Origin: Coraliomargarita sp.
GTDB lineage: Bacteria; Verrucomicrobiota; Verrucomicrobiia; Opitutales; Coraliomargaritaceae
Reading direction: 5' to 3'
DNA: 64,000 nt
Assembly: GCA_965216325.1 (NCBI GenBank)
Contig: OZ244160.1
Coordinates: forward strand, 992,001 to 1,056,000
Made by a program: the position numbers and the translations under genes. The notes beneath the pieces are model-generated. The model saw only the letters and a program-made list of their open reading frames with translations, was not told where the DNA came from and made no database searches. Shown piece by piece: positions 1-12,968 of the stretch (the first letter of the stretch is position 1; every line of letters begins with the position of its first letter).

Positions 1-698
1 GGAAAAAAGACGCCGTCCACGGATTTAAACTTCGTGGCTCGATAGTCGAGATAGCCCGCTTGGCGTCCAAGCTTGCCAATACCACCATACTGGGTGATTA
101 GGAAGTTCTCCTTGTCGAAATAAAACCAACTGCGTTCATCCTGTGGGCCAAAACCTACGACGAGATAGGCGGGGCGCCCGGCTACTTTTGCATTGCCCTG
201 ATACTGGAAGTCATAGCGTGCGCTGAGCGGTGTGGTGAAGGGGGGGATGAACCAACGCTGGTGTTTGAAGTGGTTTGCATCGAGCCCTTTAAAATCTTTT
301 GGAGGCTGTTCCTTGGGCTTGAGCTCCTGTGTCCAGCAGTCGACGCCGTCAAAAACAGTGATCTCCTCATATTTGCGCCCCTGGTAGGTCCAGCTCAGTG
401 TCAGATGGCGCTCACCCTTGTGGGTCTCAACGAGCTTGAAATACTTTAGTTGGCTCGACTCTTTGTAGGTCCCCGAGGCGAAGACGTTGAGCACAGTCTG
501 ATGCGCGGCTTCACCTCCGCTGGCAGTCAGGTAGTTGCTGATCAGCTTCAGGCTTGGGCCATCGCTGTGTTCGGGGCGTTTGATTGTGTTGACTTCCTCT
601 TCGGTGGGCGCGGCGTTGCTTTGAGCTGTGAGCGCCGAGCTTGTAAGCAGTAGCAAAGAGGTAATCGTTGTAAAAAGTGACCAGTTTAGGGTTTTCAT
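1..698 (-). CDS. Secreted hypothetical protein, possibly LolA-like/outer-membrane lipoprotein-sorting fold (3' end outside window)
   Basis: Not in the ORF track. Manual translation from ATG at 698 gives MKTLNWSLFTTITSLLLLTSSALTAQ..., open to the window edge. It has a signal peptide and segments (YLTASGG, KVAGRPAYLV, FYFDKENFLI, FKSVDGVFF) that resemble LolA-like families. Confidence 0.7.
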   Translation of the reverse strand, partial: MKTLNWSLFTTITSLLLLTSSALTAQSNAAPTEEEVNTIKRPEHSDGPSLKLISNYLTASGGEAAHQTVLNVFASGTYKESSQLKYFKLVETHKGERHLTLSWTYQGRKYEEITVFDGVDCWTQELKPKEQPPKDFKGLDANHFKHQRWFIPPFTTPLSARYDFQYQGNAKVAGRPAYLVVGFGPQDERSWFYFDKENFLITQYGGIGKLGRQAGYLDYRATKFKSVDGVFF

Positions 699-757
699 AG
701 TGTAGATCGGTCGTATTGTCCGCGTTCTACTATAAAGCTCAACCTGTTTTCATAGCT

Positions 758-1693
758 ATGCGAATTCTTATTACCGGAGGTGCCGGTTTCCTCGGAAGCC
801 ACTTATGTGATCGTTTACTCGGCGAAGGCCATGAAGTGATCTGCATGGATAACTATTTTACCGGTCGGAAGCGCAACATTCTCCACCTGCTGAAAAATCC
901 GAATTTTGAGCTGATGCGCCATGACGTGACGGATCCCTTCAAGGTGGAGGTTGACCAGATCTATAATCTCGCCTGTCCGGCGTCGCCCGTGCACTACCAG
1001 CACAATCCGATCAAGACCATCAAGACCTCTGTCATGGGCGCGATCAACTGCCTGGGATCTGCTAAACGTGTTGGGGCACGTGTGTTTCAAGCATCGACTT
1101 CGGAGTGCTACGGCGATCCAAGTGTGCACCCACAACCGGAAGGCTATTGGGGCAATGTCAACCCGATCGGCATTCGCTCCTGTTACGACGAGGGCAAGCG
1201 CTGTGCGGAAACACTCTTTATGGATTACCACCGCCAGAACGGTGTCGACATTCGTATCGTGCGCATCTTCAACACCTATGGTCCGCGCATGTGCCCGGAT
1301 GATGGTCGTGTGGTATCCAACTTCATCGTGCAGGCACTGCAGGGCAAAGACATCACCGTTTATGGCGATGGCGACCAGACTCGTTCGTTCTGCTACTGCG
1401 ACGACTTGATCGAAGGTTTTGTACGCCTGATGGACCAAGAAGAGCTCGTCGGCCCGGTGAATATCGGTAACCCGGGTGAGTTTACGATTCTTGAGCTGGC
1501 CGAGAAGGTGATCGCGCAAACCGGCAGCAAGTCGAAGATTATCCACGAGCCACTGCCACAGGATGATCCAAAGCAGCGCCAGCCAGACATTACGCTCGCG
1601 AAGGAAAAACTCGGCTGGGAACCCACCGTTTCCTTAGACGAGGGCTTGAAGCCGACGATCGCTTACTTCGATCAATTGCTGAGGGAATCGTAA
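758..1693 (+). CDS. UDP-glucuronate decarboxylase-like extended SDR (NAD-dependent epimerase/dehydratase)
   Basis: TGGAGFLG Rossmann motif, LACPASP, STSE, YDEGK (YxxxK), [19 protein letters not shown] at 758 preferred over TTG at 716. Confidence 0.93.
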   Translation: MRILITGGAGFLGSHLCDRLLGEGHEVICMDNYFTGRKRNILHLLKNPNFELMRHDVTDPFKVEVDQIYNLACPASPVHYQHNPIKTIKTSVMGAINCLGSAKRVGARVFQASTSECYGDPSVHPQPEGYWGNVNPIGIRSCYDEGKRCAETLFMDYHRQNGVDIRIVRIFNTYGPRMCPDDGRVVSNFIVQALQGKDITVYGDGDQTRSFCYCDDLIEGFVRLMDQEELVGPVNIGNPGEFTILELAEKVIAQTGSKSKIIHEPLPQDDPKQRQPDITLAKEKLGWEPTVSLDEGLKPTIAYFDQLLRES

Positions 1694-1698
1694 TCGCG

Positions 1699-1775
1699 GT
1701 AGGGCGCGTTATCCTTAACGCGCTGGGGTGGCTAGGCATTGCTGTGGCGGATCGTTAAGGATAACGACCCCTAAC
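1699..1775. repeat. GTAG-type REP/REPIN element, family A copy 1
   Basis: GTAGGGCGCGTTATCCTTAACGCG ... CGTTAAGGATAACGACCCCTAAC inverted arms; related copies at 25333-25401 and 37371-37436. Confidence 0.85.
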
Positions 1776-1794
1776 TAATGACTATTGGAGTGGG

Positions 1795-2988
1795 TTACTT
1801 GATATCCAGCCGGCGATTACTGCGGACCAACTCGAATAGAACGATAGCAGTGCCGACTAAGCCCATGCCTGTCCAGGCCACGGCACTGGGCGTCGCATAG
1901 GCGAGAATCCAGTAGCCGATGAAGGGAGCGAGGCTGCCGCGCAGTCCGGTCAGTGCCATGTGGATGCTCATGTAAGAGGATGCTTTATGCTCAGGCGCAA
2001 TCTTAGTGACCCAGAGGCCCCAGAAGATTTTGCCGCCGCCCATCGCTGCACCCTGGAAGGCCATCGCGATGGTGAGCAACACGATGTTGGTACTGAAGAA
2101 GAACAGACCGATGCTCACGAGGAAGCAGGCATTCAATAGGTTGCGAGTGGTGACAAAGTGCAGCTTATCGAAGAAATGGCCCCAGAGCCTGGTGCTGAGT
2201 AGGCGCGCTGCCGAAGGCACCAGCACCATCAATACGGCGATGGTCTTATTGCTGGCATTGATGCCGTATTGCGGATCGGCGAGATACTCGATGCGGATCG
2301 GGATCGCGATGAGATTGCCCAAGCCAAGTAGCATCCAGCTGCCGAGCAGGTAGCCGAAGAGTCGATCCTTCCAAATCAGGCTGAAGTTCTGCCAGGGGTT
2401 GCCAACTTCTTTGGTCGAGAGGGGTTCACTCGGAATGCCGTGCAGTGCCCACGCGCAGGTCAGGGCAGCAGCAATCATGAGCCCAAAGAAGATGCGGTAG
2501 TAGCTGATCTCAATGTCGAGCAGTTCACCACCGATCCATGACAGCACCATCGAGGTGAAGGCGATAATCATCAGCGGCGTCGTGACTCGTTGACCGCGCT
2601 CGTTGGCGCTGTAGTTGCTCGCATACACCTGCACCATCAGCGGGCCGTGCTGCACGGAGGCCATCTGACTACCGATAATACAGACCGAGAAGACTAAGAG
2701 ACTTTGCCCGAGGGTCGCACCAGCGATGAGGCACGCCGCCAAGATAAACATGCAGGCACTTGCCTGCGAAGGACGTGCTTGCAGCTTCGCCACCAAGAAG
2801 AGGGTGATCGGCGTCAGCAGGAAACCGATTGGTCCCGCACCCGCGATGAAGGCTTTGATGTTTTCGGGCGCTTCGAAATGACGAATCGCAATGAGCAGCG
2901 GAAATGCAAGCCATCCCGCCTCAAGGATGCCCATGAACGGGGCCCGTAACTTGTCACGGGTGTAGGTGAGCTCGGCATGAGTGCTCAT
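1795..2988 (-). CDS. MFS transporter
   Basis: 397 aa with about 12 hydrophobic segments in two halves; loop motif LWGHFFDKLH. Confidence 0.85.
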   Translation of the reverse strand: MSTHAELTYTRDKLRAPFMGILEAGWLAFPLLIAIRHFEAPENIKAFIAGAGPIGFLLTPITLFLVAKLQARPSQASACMFILAACLIAGATLGQSLLVFSVCIIGSQMASVQHGPLMVQVYASNYSANERGQRVTTPLMIIAFTSMVLSWIGGELLDIEISYYRIFFGLMIAAALTCAWALHGIPSEPLSTKEVGNPWQNFSLIWKDRLFGYLLGSWMLLGLGNLIAIPIRIEYLADPQYGINASNKTIAVLMVLVPSAARLLSTRLWGHFFDKLHFVTTRNLLNACFLVSIGLFFFSTNIVLLTIAMAFQGAAMGGGKIFWGLWVTKIAPEHKASSYMSIHMALTGLRGSLAPFIGYWILAYATPSAVAWTGMGLVGTAIVLFELVRSNRRLDIK

Positions 2989-2993
2989 CTGAT

Positions 2994-3152
2994 GAACGTC
3001 GAACGTCCAACATCGAACGTCGAATGTTGAAAACCAGTCACAGCGAAGAGCCTAACACTAGGCGAACCAGACTGCGCGGAACGTCGAAGTTTCCTCTAGT
3101 CCAGCGGCAGTTTGGTCGCAATTCGATGTTGGACGTTCGAAGTTCAACGTTC
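2994..3152. repeat. Inverted pair of 7-nt periodic arrays (GAACGTC/CAACATC ... GATGTTG/GACGTTC)
   Basis: GAACGTC GAACGTC CAACATC GAACGTC GAATGTT GAA at 2994-3031 and complementary TTC GATGTTG GACGTTC GAAGTTC AACGTTC at 3122-3152. Confidence 0.85.
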
Positions 3153-3158
3153 CCCAGC

Positions 3159-4142
<984 letters not shown>

Positions 4143-4210
4143 CGGTCAGTCTCGTGAAAAAGCGAGCGAGCATCGTGTCTGTCGGGCTGCAAGTCAAGTG
4201 TGGCCTGAAT

Positions 4211-4391
4211 AACCACCTCCACTTGGCAAGACCGAGAGCCAAGTGACTCCTCCTTGAAAAGGAGGAGAGTCGGACCATCGAGCATGGATACACTTGAAAT
4301 ACTGGCAGAGAAATAAAAACTCCCCTCCTTGATGAGGAGGGGAGGATCGCGAAGCACCTTCGATACGCTCAGGACAGGCGAGGCGGGGTGG
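4211..4391. repeat. Composite intergenic palindromic element
   Basis: Hairpins CACTTGGC..GCCAAGTG, CTCCTCCTTGAAAAGGAGGAG (4247-4267) and CTCCCCTCCTTGATGAGGAGGGGAG (4320-4344), plus embedded CCTTCGATACGCTCAGGACAGG. Confidence 0.65.
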
Positions 4392-4408
4392 CGCTATTAA
4401 GCCTTAAA

Positions 4409-5704
4409 CTACTTCCCGTAAGCCTTCGCCACTTCCTCGCCGATAATCCGGATGCCGGCTTCCACATCTTCCGCAGGCATGGTGAAATTGATGCGCAGGC
4501 ACTCGTCGCGGTGCGGCCAGTCTTCGTCCTCTTGTCCGAAGAAGAAATAACTGCCGGGCACGACTAAGACACCACGCCCTTTGAGGCGCTCGTAGAGCTC
4601 GCGCGATGTGATCGGCAAATCCTTAAACCACGCCCAGAGGAAGAGGGCGCCCTCACTGCGGTGGATATAATAATCGATGCTCGAGTCGAAATACTGATTC
4701 ACCCATTCCAGCGCCTGAGCCGATTTCTCGCGGTAGAAGGGCTGGACCACCTCGTTGCTCAAACGCAGAATTTCGCCACTGCGGATCAGCGGTTCCACCA
4801 CCGCTTGGCCGGTATTGGTGTTGGCTAGGCCCATGATCGATGTCATCGAGGACACCGCGTCGATGATCTCTGGGCGCGCGATCACAATGCCCGTGCGGGT
4901 TCCCGGCAGACCCAGCTTGGACAAGCTTAAGGTGAGAATGATGTTCTTATTCCAGACCGGTGTCGCTTCGGTAAAAATGACATTCGGGAAGGGCGCGCCG
5001 TAGGCATTGTCGATGATCAAGGGGATGTGATGCTCGTCCGCCAGCTTGGACAGCTTGGCGATCTCGTTGTCGGTTAGCACATTGCCCGTTGGATTCGTTG
5101 GACGTGACACGCAGATTGCGGCGGTGTCGTCCTCGACTTTCAAATTCTCGAAATCGACGCGGTATTTAAACTCATGTTCGCCCGTGAATTCGATGCGTGG
5201 GCGCTGACTGCGGAACAGCTCGCCGCCGACGGACTGATCCGCATAACCAATGTATTCCGGAACCAGCGGCAGCAGGATCTTCTTCTGGCGGCCGTCTTTG
5301 AAACGTCCAGCAAGCGCATTGAACAGACAAAAGAACGCACTCTGGCCACCCATGGTGATCGCTACGTTATCGGCGCTGAGCTCCCAACCGAACTCGCGTT
5401 GAAACAGTTCCGCGACCGCTGTGCGAAAGGCGGTGCGTCCTGCAGGCGGCTCGTAATTACCGAGCATGTGCTCAAGCTCGCCGGGTGTGGCAGTAATCTC
5501 GACGATCCGTTGACGCCATAGCGCATCCATTTGCGGTATGTGTGCGGGTTGTCCACCGCCGAGCATGTGCACCCCGTCACCACCTGCAGCCAGTGCATGG
5601 CCGAGGTCGTCCATCAACTCGCCAATGCCGCTACCGCAGCCAAGGCGTTGTCCAAATTCAGACCATTCAGGGGAGTGGTCCGTGAGGTTGTCTCTGTCGT
5701 GCAT
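4409..5704 (-). CDS. avtA: Valine--pyruvate aminotransferase (PLP fold type I)
   Basis: GIGELMDDL, MLGGGQP, LVPEYIGYAD, SRPTNPTGN, IDNAYG, SLSKLGLPGTRTG. Confidence 0.92.
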   Translation of the reverse strand: MHDRDNLTDHSPEWSEFGQRLGCGSGIGELMDDLGHALAAGGDGVHMLGGGQPAHIPQMDALWRQRIVEITATPGELEHMLGNYEPPAGRTAFRTAVAELFQREFGWELSADNVAITMGGQSAFFCLFNALAGRFKDGRQKKILLPLVPEYIGYADQSVGGELFRSQRPRIEFTGEHEFKYRVDFENLKVEDDTAAICVSRPTNPTGNVLTDNEIAKLSKLADEHHIPLIIDNAYGAPFPNVIFTEATPVWNKNIILTLSLSKLGLPGTRTGIVIARPEIIDAVSSMTSIMGLANTNTGQAVVEPLIRSGEILRLSNEVVQPFYREKSAQALEWVNQYFDSSIDYYIHRSEGALFLWAWFKDLPITSRELYERLKGRGVLVVPGSYFFFGQEDEDWPHRDECLRINFTMPAEDVEAGIRIIGEEVAKAYGK

Positions 5705-5793
5705 GAACTACTGTAATTAGGGAACCGTTAATTTACGTGAATGAACGTGAATTTCTGTGATGATGAGCGCGATGCAACCCCGAATTTCTGAGG

Positions 5794-5907
5794 GTAGGCT
5801 CGCTCGTCTGGCTAAGACGAGCGCTTCAGTTGAGAGGGATTGACGATCCATTACGGATCGCTCCTTTGTCTTTGTTGACAAACGGCACCTCGGCGAGGCT
5901 GCCCTAC
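5794..5907. repeat. GTAG...CTAC bounded palindromic element (REP-like)
   Basis: GTAGGCTCGCTCGTC..GACGAGCG hairpin at left; CGGCACCTCGGCGAGGCTGCCCTAC at right. Confidence 0.5.
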
Positions 5908-5959
5908 CTATTTCTTTTATATCGTCTTCAATGGGGACGCGCACTGTCCTCTGTGTGCA

Positions 5960-6787
5960 TTACGTATGCGAAACTCCATCCCCGGGCATAAATCGGTGCG
6001 TTGGCTCTGCTTGAAACCAATCACGCGGATCGAGTTGGTAATACTCCTGAAGTGTTGCGTAGAGCTCGGGGTGTTTCGTTTGCAGCTGCTTGGGCTTTTC
6101 GAAAAAGGCTTCGGTCGCGACGGCGAAATACTCGGCAGGGTTGGTGGCGCCATAATGGTCGAGCACGGCTTTCTTTCCATATGCGGCTTTCTTTACGAGT
6201 TGGTCATAACCATCGTTGAGAATTTGGCACCACGTGACGAAGGCCTCTTGACTACCGAGCGGCGGTACGCCGTCAGTTGAGCCGTTGAGTGAGTCGAGTT
6301 GGTGTGCAAACTCATGAAAGGTCACATTGTGTCCATCATAGATATTGCGGGCGCCGTGGCGCACGGAGTCCCATGCGAGGATGACGGTGCCACTGCCCCA
6401 GGATTCGCCAAGCCGGTGAACCGTGCGCTCGATGATCGTCCCTCCGGGCCCCATGTCCTGCACGCTGGAACTGAAGGTAGTTGGGTAGAGTAGCACGCTG
6501 TTGAGCTTCGGGTAGGGACTGCCTTGGTGATTCAGCACAAGTATGCATGCTTGTGCGGCAACAGTGAGAATCATCTCGTCGGTTAGCTCGAGCTCGTTAC
6601 AGCCCTCGAAATAGGTGGTCGCAACGAATAAGCCGATCTTCTCGTGCAGACTGTGCTTTAGCCCTTCAGGTAGGCGTGTGTAGAGCGGCAAGTTTTGCTC
6701 AAGGTAAGCAACCCATTCCTGTTTGAAGACGGCTTCGATCGGGGCCGGGCCGACAAGCAGCGCTTTGAGGTTTTCCCAGAGAGACAT
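5960..6787 (-). CDS. Zinc-dependent peptidase, MtfA/M90 family
   Basis: VAAQAC, LGESW, GHNVTFHEFAHQLD (HExxH), YGATNPAEYFAVATEAFFE. Start placed at ATG 6787 because the longer ORF runs through a 7-nt repeat. Confidence 0.9.
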   Translation of the reverse strand: MSLWENLKALLVGPAPIEAVFKQEWVAYLEQNLPLYTRLPEGLKHSLHEKIGLFVATTYFEGCNELELTDEMILTVAAQACILVLNHQGSPYPKLNSVLLYPTTFSSSVQDMGPGGTIIERTVHRLGESWGSGTVILAWDSVRHGARNIYDGHNVTFHEFAHQLDSLNGSTDGVPPLGSQEAFVTWCQILNDGYDQLVKKAAYGKKAVLDHYGATNPAEYFAVATEAFFEKPKQLQTKHPELYATLQEYYQLDPRDWFQAEPTHRFMPGDGVSHT

Positions 6788-6790
6788 CCT

Positions 6791-6832
6791 TGAAGGATGA
6801 AACCTGAAACTTGAAGGGTGAAGGATAAAAAA
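6791..6832. repeat. 7-nt periodic array (TGAANNN)n
   Basis: TGAAGGA TGAAACC TGAAACT TGAAGGG TGAAGGA TAAAAAA. Confidence 0.75.
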
Positions 6833-6984
6833 AGGTTCCGAGGAGCTTTGCGACGACATGAGCGCGCGCGAAGCGATTCGGATCAGTTTGCAGAGTGAAG
6901 TATAATCCGCAGATTGTTAGGATTTAGCAGTGGTTTCCCCATGTAGAGACCTGTAACAACTATCGAATCTGAGGATGATTTATG

Positions 6985-7518
6985 TTACTCTACAGGCTCT
7001 TTCGAGTCTGGCTGGGGCAGGAAAAAGCTCAGGGCGATATAGCAGAGGGTACCGATCACGATGCCACAGTCAGCGATGTTGAAGGTCGGGTAGTGACCGT
7101 TTGGGAGGATAACTGGGATCTGAAAGGGGAAATGGAAATCGAGGAAGTCGATCACATGTCCGTGAATCTGACGGTCGATGGCATTTCCAATGATGCCGCC
7201 AATCATCAGGCCGAAAAGGATCTGAATTCCGCGATGGTGCAGCATGAGGGCTTTGCGGAAGTAATAGATCGCGCCTAGGGCCAGTGCTGCGAAGAGGGTC
7301 AGCACTGTGCCGTAGCCGGAGAACATTCCCCAGGCAGCGCCCTCGTTGCCAACATGGACGATATAAAAGAAGTTCTCGATGACGGTGATGTAATCGACGT
7401 CGATCTCGAGATTTCTAAAAATCCAAATCTTGGAGAGCTGATCGGCCGCAAAAACCAGAAGCGCTGTGATGAACAGGCGCTTGTAGTCGCTAAGCTTTTC
7501 CTGAGGTTTGTCGATCAT
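6985..7518 (-). CDS. lspA: Lipoprotein signal peptidase II
   Basis: ADQLSK, NEGAAWG, GGIIGNAIDR, GHVIDF, TFNIADCGI. Confidence 0.96.
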   Translation of the reverse strand: MIDKPQEKLSDYKRLFITALLVFAADQLSKIWIFRNLEIDVDYITVIENFFYIVHVGNEGAAWGMFSGYGTVLTLFAALALGAIYYFRKALMLHHRGIQILFGLMIGGIIGNAIDRQIHGHVIDFLDFHFPFQIPVILPNGHYPTFNIADCGIVIGTLCYIALSFFLPQPDSKEPVE

Positions 7519-7522
7519 TAAG

Positions 7523-7597
7523 CAGAAGTCAGAAGTCAGAAGTCAGAAGTCAGATTGCTTATTCTCTGGTCTCTGCTCTCTGGCTTCTGTGCTCTGA
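7523..7597. repeat. 7-nt periodic inverted array (CAGAAGT)4 ... (TCTGNNN)5
   Basis: Four perfect CAGAAGT units from 7523; TCTG recurs at 7565, 7572, 7579, 7586 and 7593. Confidence 0.85.
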
Positions 7598-7600
7598 ATC

Positions 7601-8461
7601 CTACTCGTCCTCGTCAGTTGCGAGCTTAGGGGCGTCGGTTGCATCGCCGAAGAGTCCACCACCGGAACCGCGGTCGATCTTGCGACGGTTGTTGCGTTCG
7701 AATTCCTTCTGTCCCTCAAGAGAGAAGCGGGCAAATGGCACTGCAGTGAGACGTTCCCTGTCGATTGGTTCACCGGTCACTTCACAGACGCCGTAAGTGC
7801 CGTCCTTCATGCGCTGGATGGCTTCTTCAACTTCGTTGAGGGCTTCCTGCTCGTTGGATACAAGGCTAAGTGCAAAGTCACGGTCAAAGGAGTCGGTGCC
7901 ACCATCTGCTTCGATACGCTCGGCTTCCGCGCCATTCTCGTGCTTGAGAGTGTCGGCGGTGTGGAGGTCGATTTCGTCGCGAACATGCTGGCGAAGCTCA
8001 AGGAGTAGCTTGTAGTACTTGCTCCACTTCTTCGGGATGCTGTCTGCTTCGTTGGATGCTTCGGCTTTCTTTTGCGCCGGGTTGAAGCCTAGAATGTCTG
8101 CAAGCGAGGCTGCGCCGAGGACACGCTTTTCAGCAGGCTGCTCCTCATTTGCTTCGATGACGCGAGTTTTGGGGGCGGCTTTCTTAGCTGGGGTCTTGGT
8201 CAGCTTCTTTTTAGGCTTGGCGTCCTCTTCGTCCTTTCTGGAGGCAACGAGTGCTTCAACGTCGTCGAGGGAGAAAACGATTGGTGTTGCTTTCTTGCCT
8301 GCTGCGGATTTTTCGGCATCGGCTGCACGTGCGACAGATGCTTTTTTCAAGCCGGTCTTCTTTTTCGCCGGCGCCTTCTTAGCGGCTACGGTCTTCTTTG
8401 CAGGTGCTTTCTTTGCGGCTTTCTTTGCGGCTTTCTTTGCGGAGGTCTTTTTAGTGGCCAT
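7601..8461 (-). CDS. dksA: DksA/TraR family transcription factor with Lys/Ala-rich N-terminal extension
   Basis: C-terminal DRDFALSLVSNEQEALNEVEEAIQRMKDGTYGVCEVTGEPIDRERLTAVPFAR; N-terminal KKAA repeats. Confidence 0.85.
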   Translation of the reverse strand: MATKKTSAKKAAKKAAKKAPAKKTVAAKKAPAKKKTGLKKASVARAADAEKSAAGKKATPIVFSLDDVEALVASRKDEEDAKPKKKLTKTPAKKAAPKTRVIEANEEQPAEKRVLGAASLADILGFNPAQKKAEASNEADSIPKKWSKYYKLLLELRQHVRDEIDLHTADTLKHENGAEAERIEADGGTDSFDRDFALSLVSNEQEALNEVEEAIQRMKDGTYGVCEVTGEPIDRERLTAVPFARFSLEGQKEFERNNRRKIDRGSGGGLFGDATDAPKLATDEDE

Positions 8462-8497
8462 GAATAGTTAAAGGAGAGTGTGGTAAAGGATTGAGAA

Positions 8498-11317
<2,820 letters not shown>

Positions 11318-11500
11318 GTTTCCGCACCGATACTAGACCGGATCTCTGTAAAAATCGCGCGAGTGTGGGTGTTTGGACCCGACTGTCAAGACATCAGCAC
11401 AGTTCGTAAGCTGTTGGTGAATAATTCGATGATTTCTTGGTTAAAAGTTATATTTCGAAACAGTTGATTCCTGCAAATGTCACCGCATATTTAGGCCAAG

Positions 11501-12469
11501 ATGAGTTCCCAATCCGTGATTCCAGCGCCCCGCGTGCTCGAGATGGTCGAGCGTCTTCGTGACAACATTGAACATACCATCCGTGGGAAATCTGAGGCGG
11601 TGGATCGCGTGATTATTTGCCTCATGGCGGGCGGGCACATCCTGATAGAAGACCTTCCTGGGCTAGGGAAAACGACTTTGGCCTATTCGTTGGCGCGCTC
11701 GATTGACTGCTCCTTTTCGCGGATCCAGTTCACCAGCGATATGTTGCCGACTGATATTATCGGAGTCTCAATCTACGACGAGCGGGAGCGCGAGTTCACG
11801 TTTAAGCGTGGGCCGATCTTTGCCAACGTGGTGCTGGCCGACGAGATTAACCGCACGACGCCGAAGACGCAGTCGAGCTTGCTCGAGGTGATGGGGCGGG
11901 GGAAGCTTTCGGTCGACGGGCAGACTTACACGGTACCACCACCATTCATGGTGATTGCGACTCAGAATCCGGTCGACTACGAAGGCACGTTTCCACTGCC
12001 GGAGAGTCAAATGGACCGCTTTCTGATGCGGATGGACATGGGGTATCCGGAATTCGAATACGAGGTGGAGATTCTACAAAAAGGCCGTCTGCATTACGAC
12101 CATATCGAGGCCGATCCGGTATTATCGCGCTCGGAGGTGGTCGACCTGCAAGGCTTTGTGCGCAAGGTATTTGTCGAAGGTACGATCGCCGATTACATCG
12201 TTCGGGTCGCCCATGCGACGCGTGATGCACGTGAGTTCCGCAGTGGGGTGAGCCCGCGTGGCACTTTGGCGCTGAAGATCGCATCACAAGCCCGCGCCTT
12301 GGCTTCGGGGCGCTCTTTTGTTTTGCCTGAAGATGTGCAGAAAATGCTGCCTGCAGTATTCGCGCACCGCCTGACGCTGTGCCAGCAGATGTCGGATCCG
12401 ATCGAAGAGCGTCGCTCGGTGGAGAGCCTGTTGTCGGGACTGCTGGATAAGGTCAAGGTGCCGGTGTAG
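11501..12469 (+). CDS. MoxR family AAA+ ATPase
   Basis: [63 protein letters not shown]. Confidence 0.95.
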   Translation: MSSQSVIPAPRVLEMVERLRDNIEHTIRGKSEAVDRVIICLMAGGHILIEDLPGLGKTTLAYSLARSIDCSFSRIQFTSDMLPTDIIGVSIYDEREREFTFKRGPIFANVVLADEINRTTPKTQSSLLEVMGRGKLSVDGQTYTVPPPFMVIATQNPVDYEGTFPLPESQMDRFLMRMDMGYPEFEYEVEILQKGRLHYDHIEADPVLSRSEVVDLQGFVRKVFVEGTIADYIVRVAHATRDAREFRSGVSPRGTLALKIASQARALASGRSFVLPEDVQKMLPAVFAHRLTLCQQMSDPIEERRSVESLLSGLLDKVKVPV

Positions 12470-12479
12470 CTTAGGCTTT

Positions 12480-12572
12480 GTAGCGCGCAGCTTTAGCAAG
12501 CGCTTTTATTTCAGCAGTCGATGATCGCATTGTCACATGCACTGTGGCGCGTTTGCTGAAGCTGCACGCTAC
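12480..12572. repeat. GTAG-type REPIN-like element, family B
   Basis: GTAGCGCGCAGCTTTAGCAAGCGC ... GCGTTTGCTGAAGCTGCACGCTAC (reverse complement GTAGCGTGCAGCTTCAGCAAACGC). Confidence 0.8.
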
Positions 12573-12589
12573 GCGACTCTAGGCGGATG

Positions 12590-12628
12590 CACACAAAAAG
12601 GCGGACTGTATCGTCCGCCTTTCGTGTG
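12590..12628. terminator. Hairpin between convergent genes (probable terminator)
   Basis: AAAAAGGCGGAC-TGTATC-GTCCGCCTTT. Confidence 0.65.
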
Positions 12629-12637
12629 AAAGAGTGC

Positions 12638-12874
12638 TTAGTACTTTTTCTGGCGGTTGTTACGCCAGCTCTCGCGGTGTTTGCGAATCCAATCCAGCAA
12701 GGCCCGTTCGAAGCCGATATCTTTACCGGCCTTCTCGGACTCCAGCCACTTGTGGCGCAGGATCTCTTCACGCTCAGCAAGAAACTCTTGGTAGAGGCTC
12801 GAGCGCTGGGCGAAATTGTTTCCCGATTCGACAGATGTGTGGGCGGGTGGCATTTGTTTATTTTTTGGATTCAT
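12638..12874 (-). CDS. Small conserved protein, DUF4032-like
   Basis: EREEILRHKWLESEKAGKDIGFERALLDW resembles the DUF4032 C-terminal motif. Confidence 0.75.
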   Translation of the reverse strand: MNPKNKQMPPAHTSVESGNNFAQRSSLYQEFLAEREEILRHKWLESEKAGKDIGFERALLDWIRKHRESWRNNRQKKY

Positions 12875-12968
12875 TGCAGGCTAGGGCACCTGTTAATGGC
12901 ATGGAACTGTCATTAATTGCCTGAAGATTTATCGCCGTCGATCCAAAAAGCTTACTCGGGAGTCGATT

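Noticed and set aside
6788..6859. N-terminal extension of the MtfA-like ORF (FFILHPSSFRFHPS)
   Set aside because: It is a translation of the 7-nt intergenic repeat; the real start is probably ATG 6787.
7523..7597. Short repeats as a possible CRISPR array
   Set aside because: The units are 7 nt with no unique spacers, and no cas genes are in the window.
8408..8442. 12-bp tandem repeat (TTTCTTTGCGGC)n
   Set aside because: It simply encodes the KKAA repeats of the DksA N-terminus.
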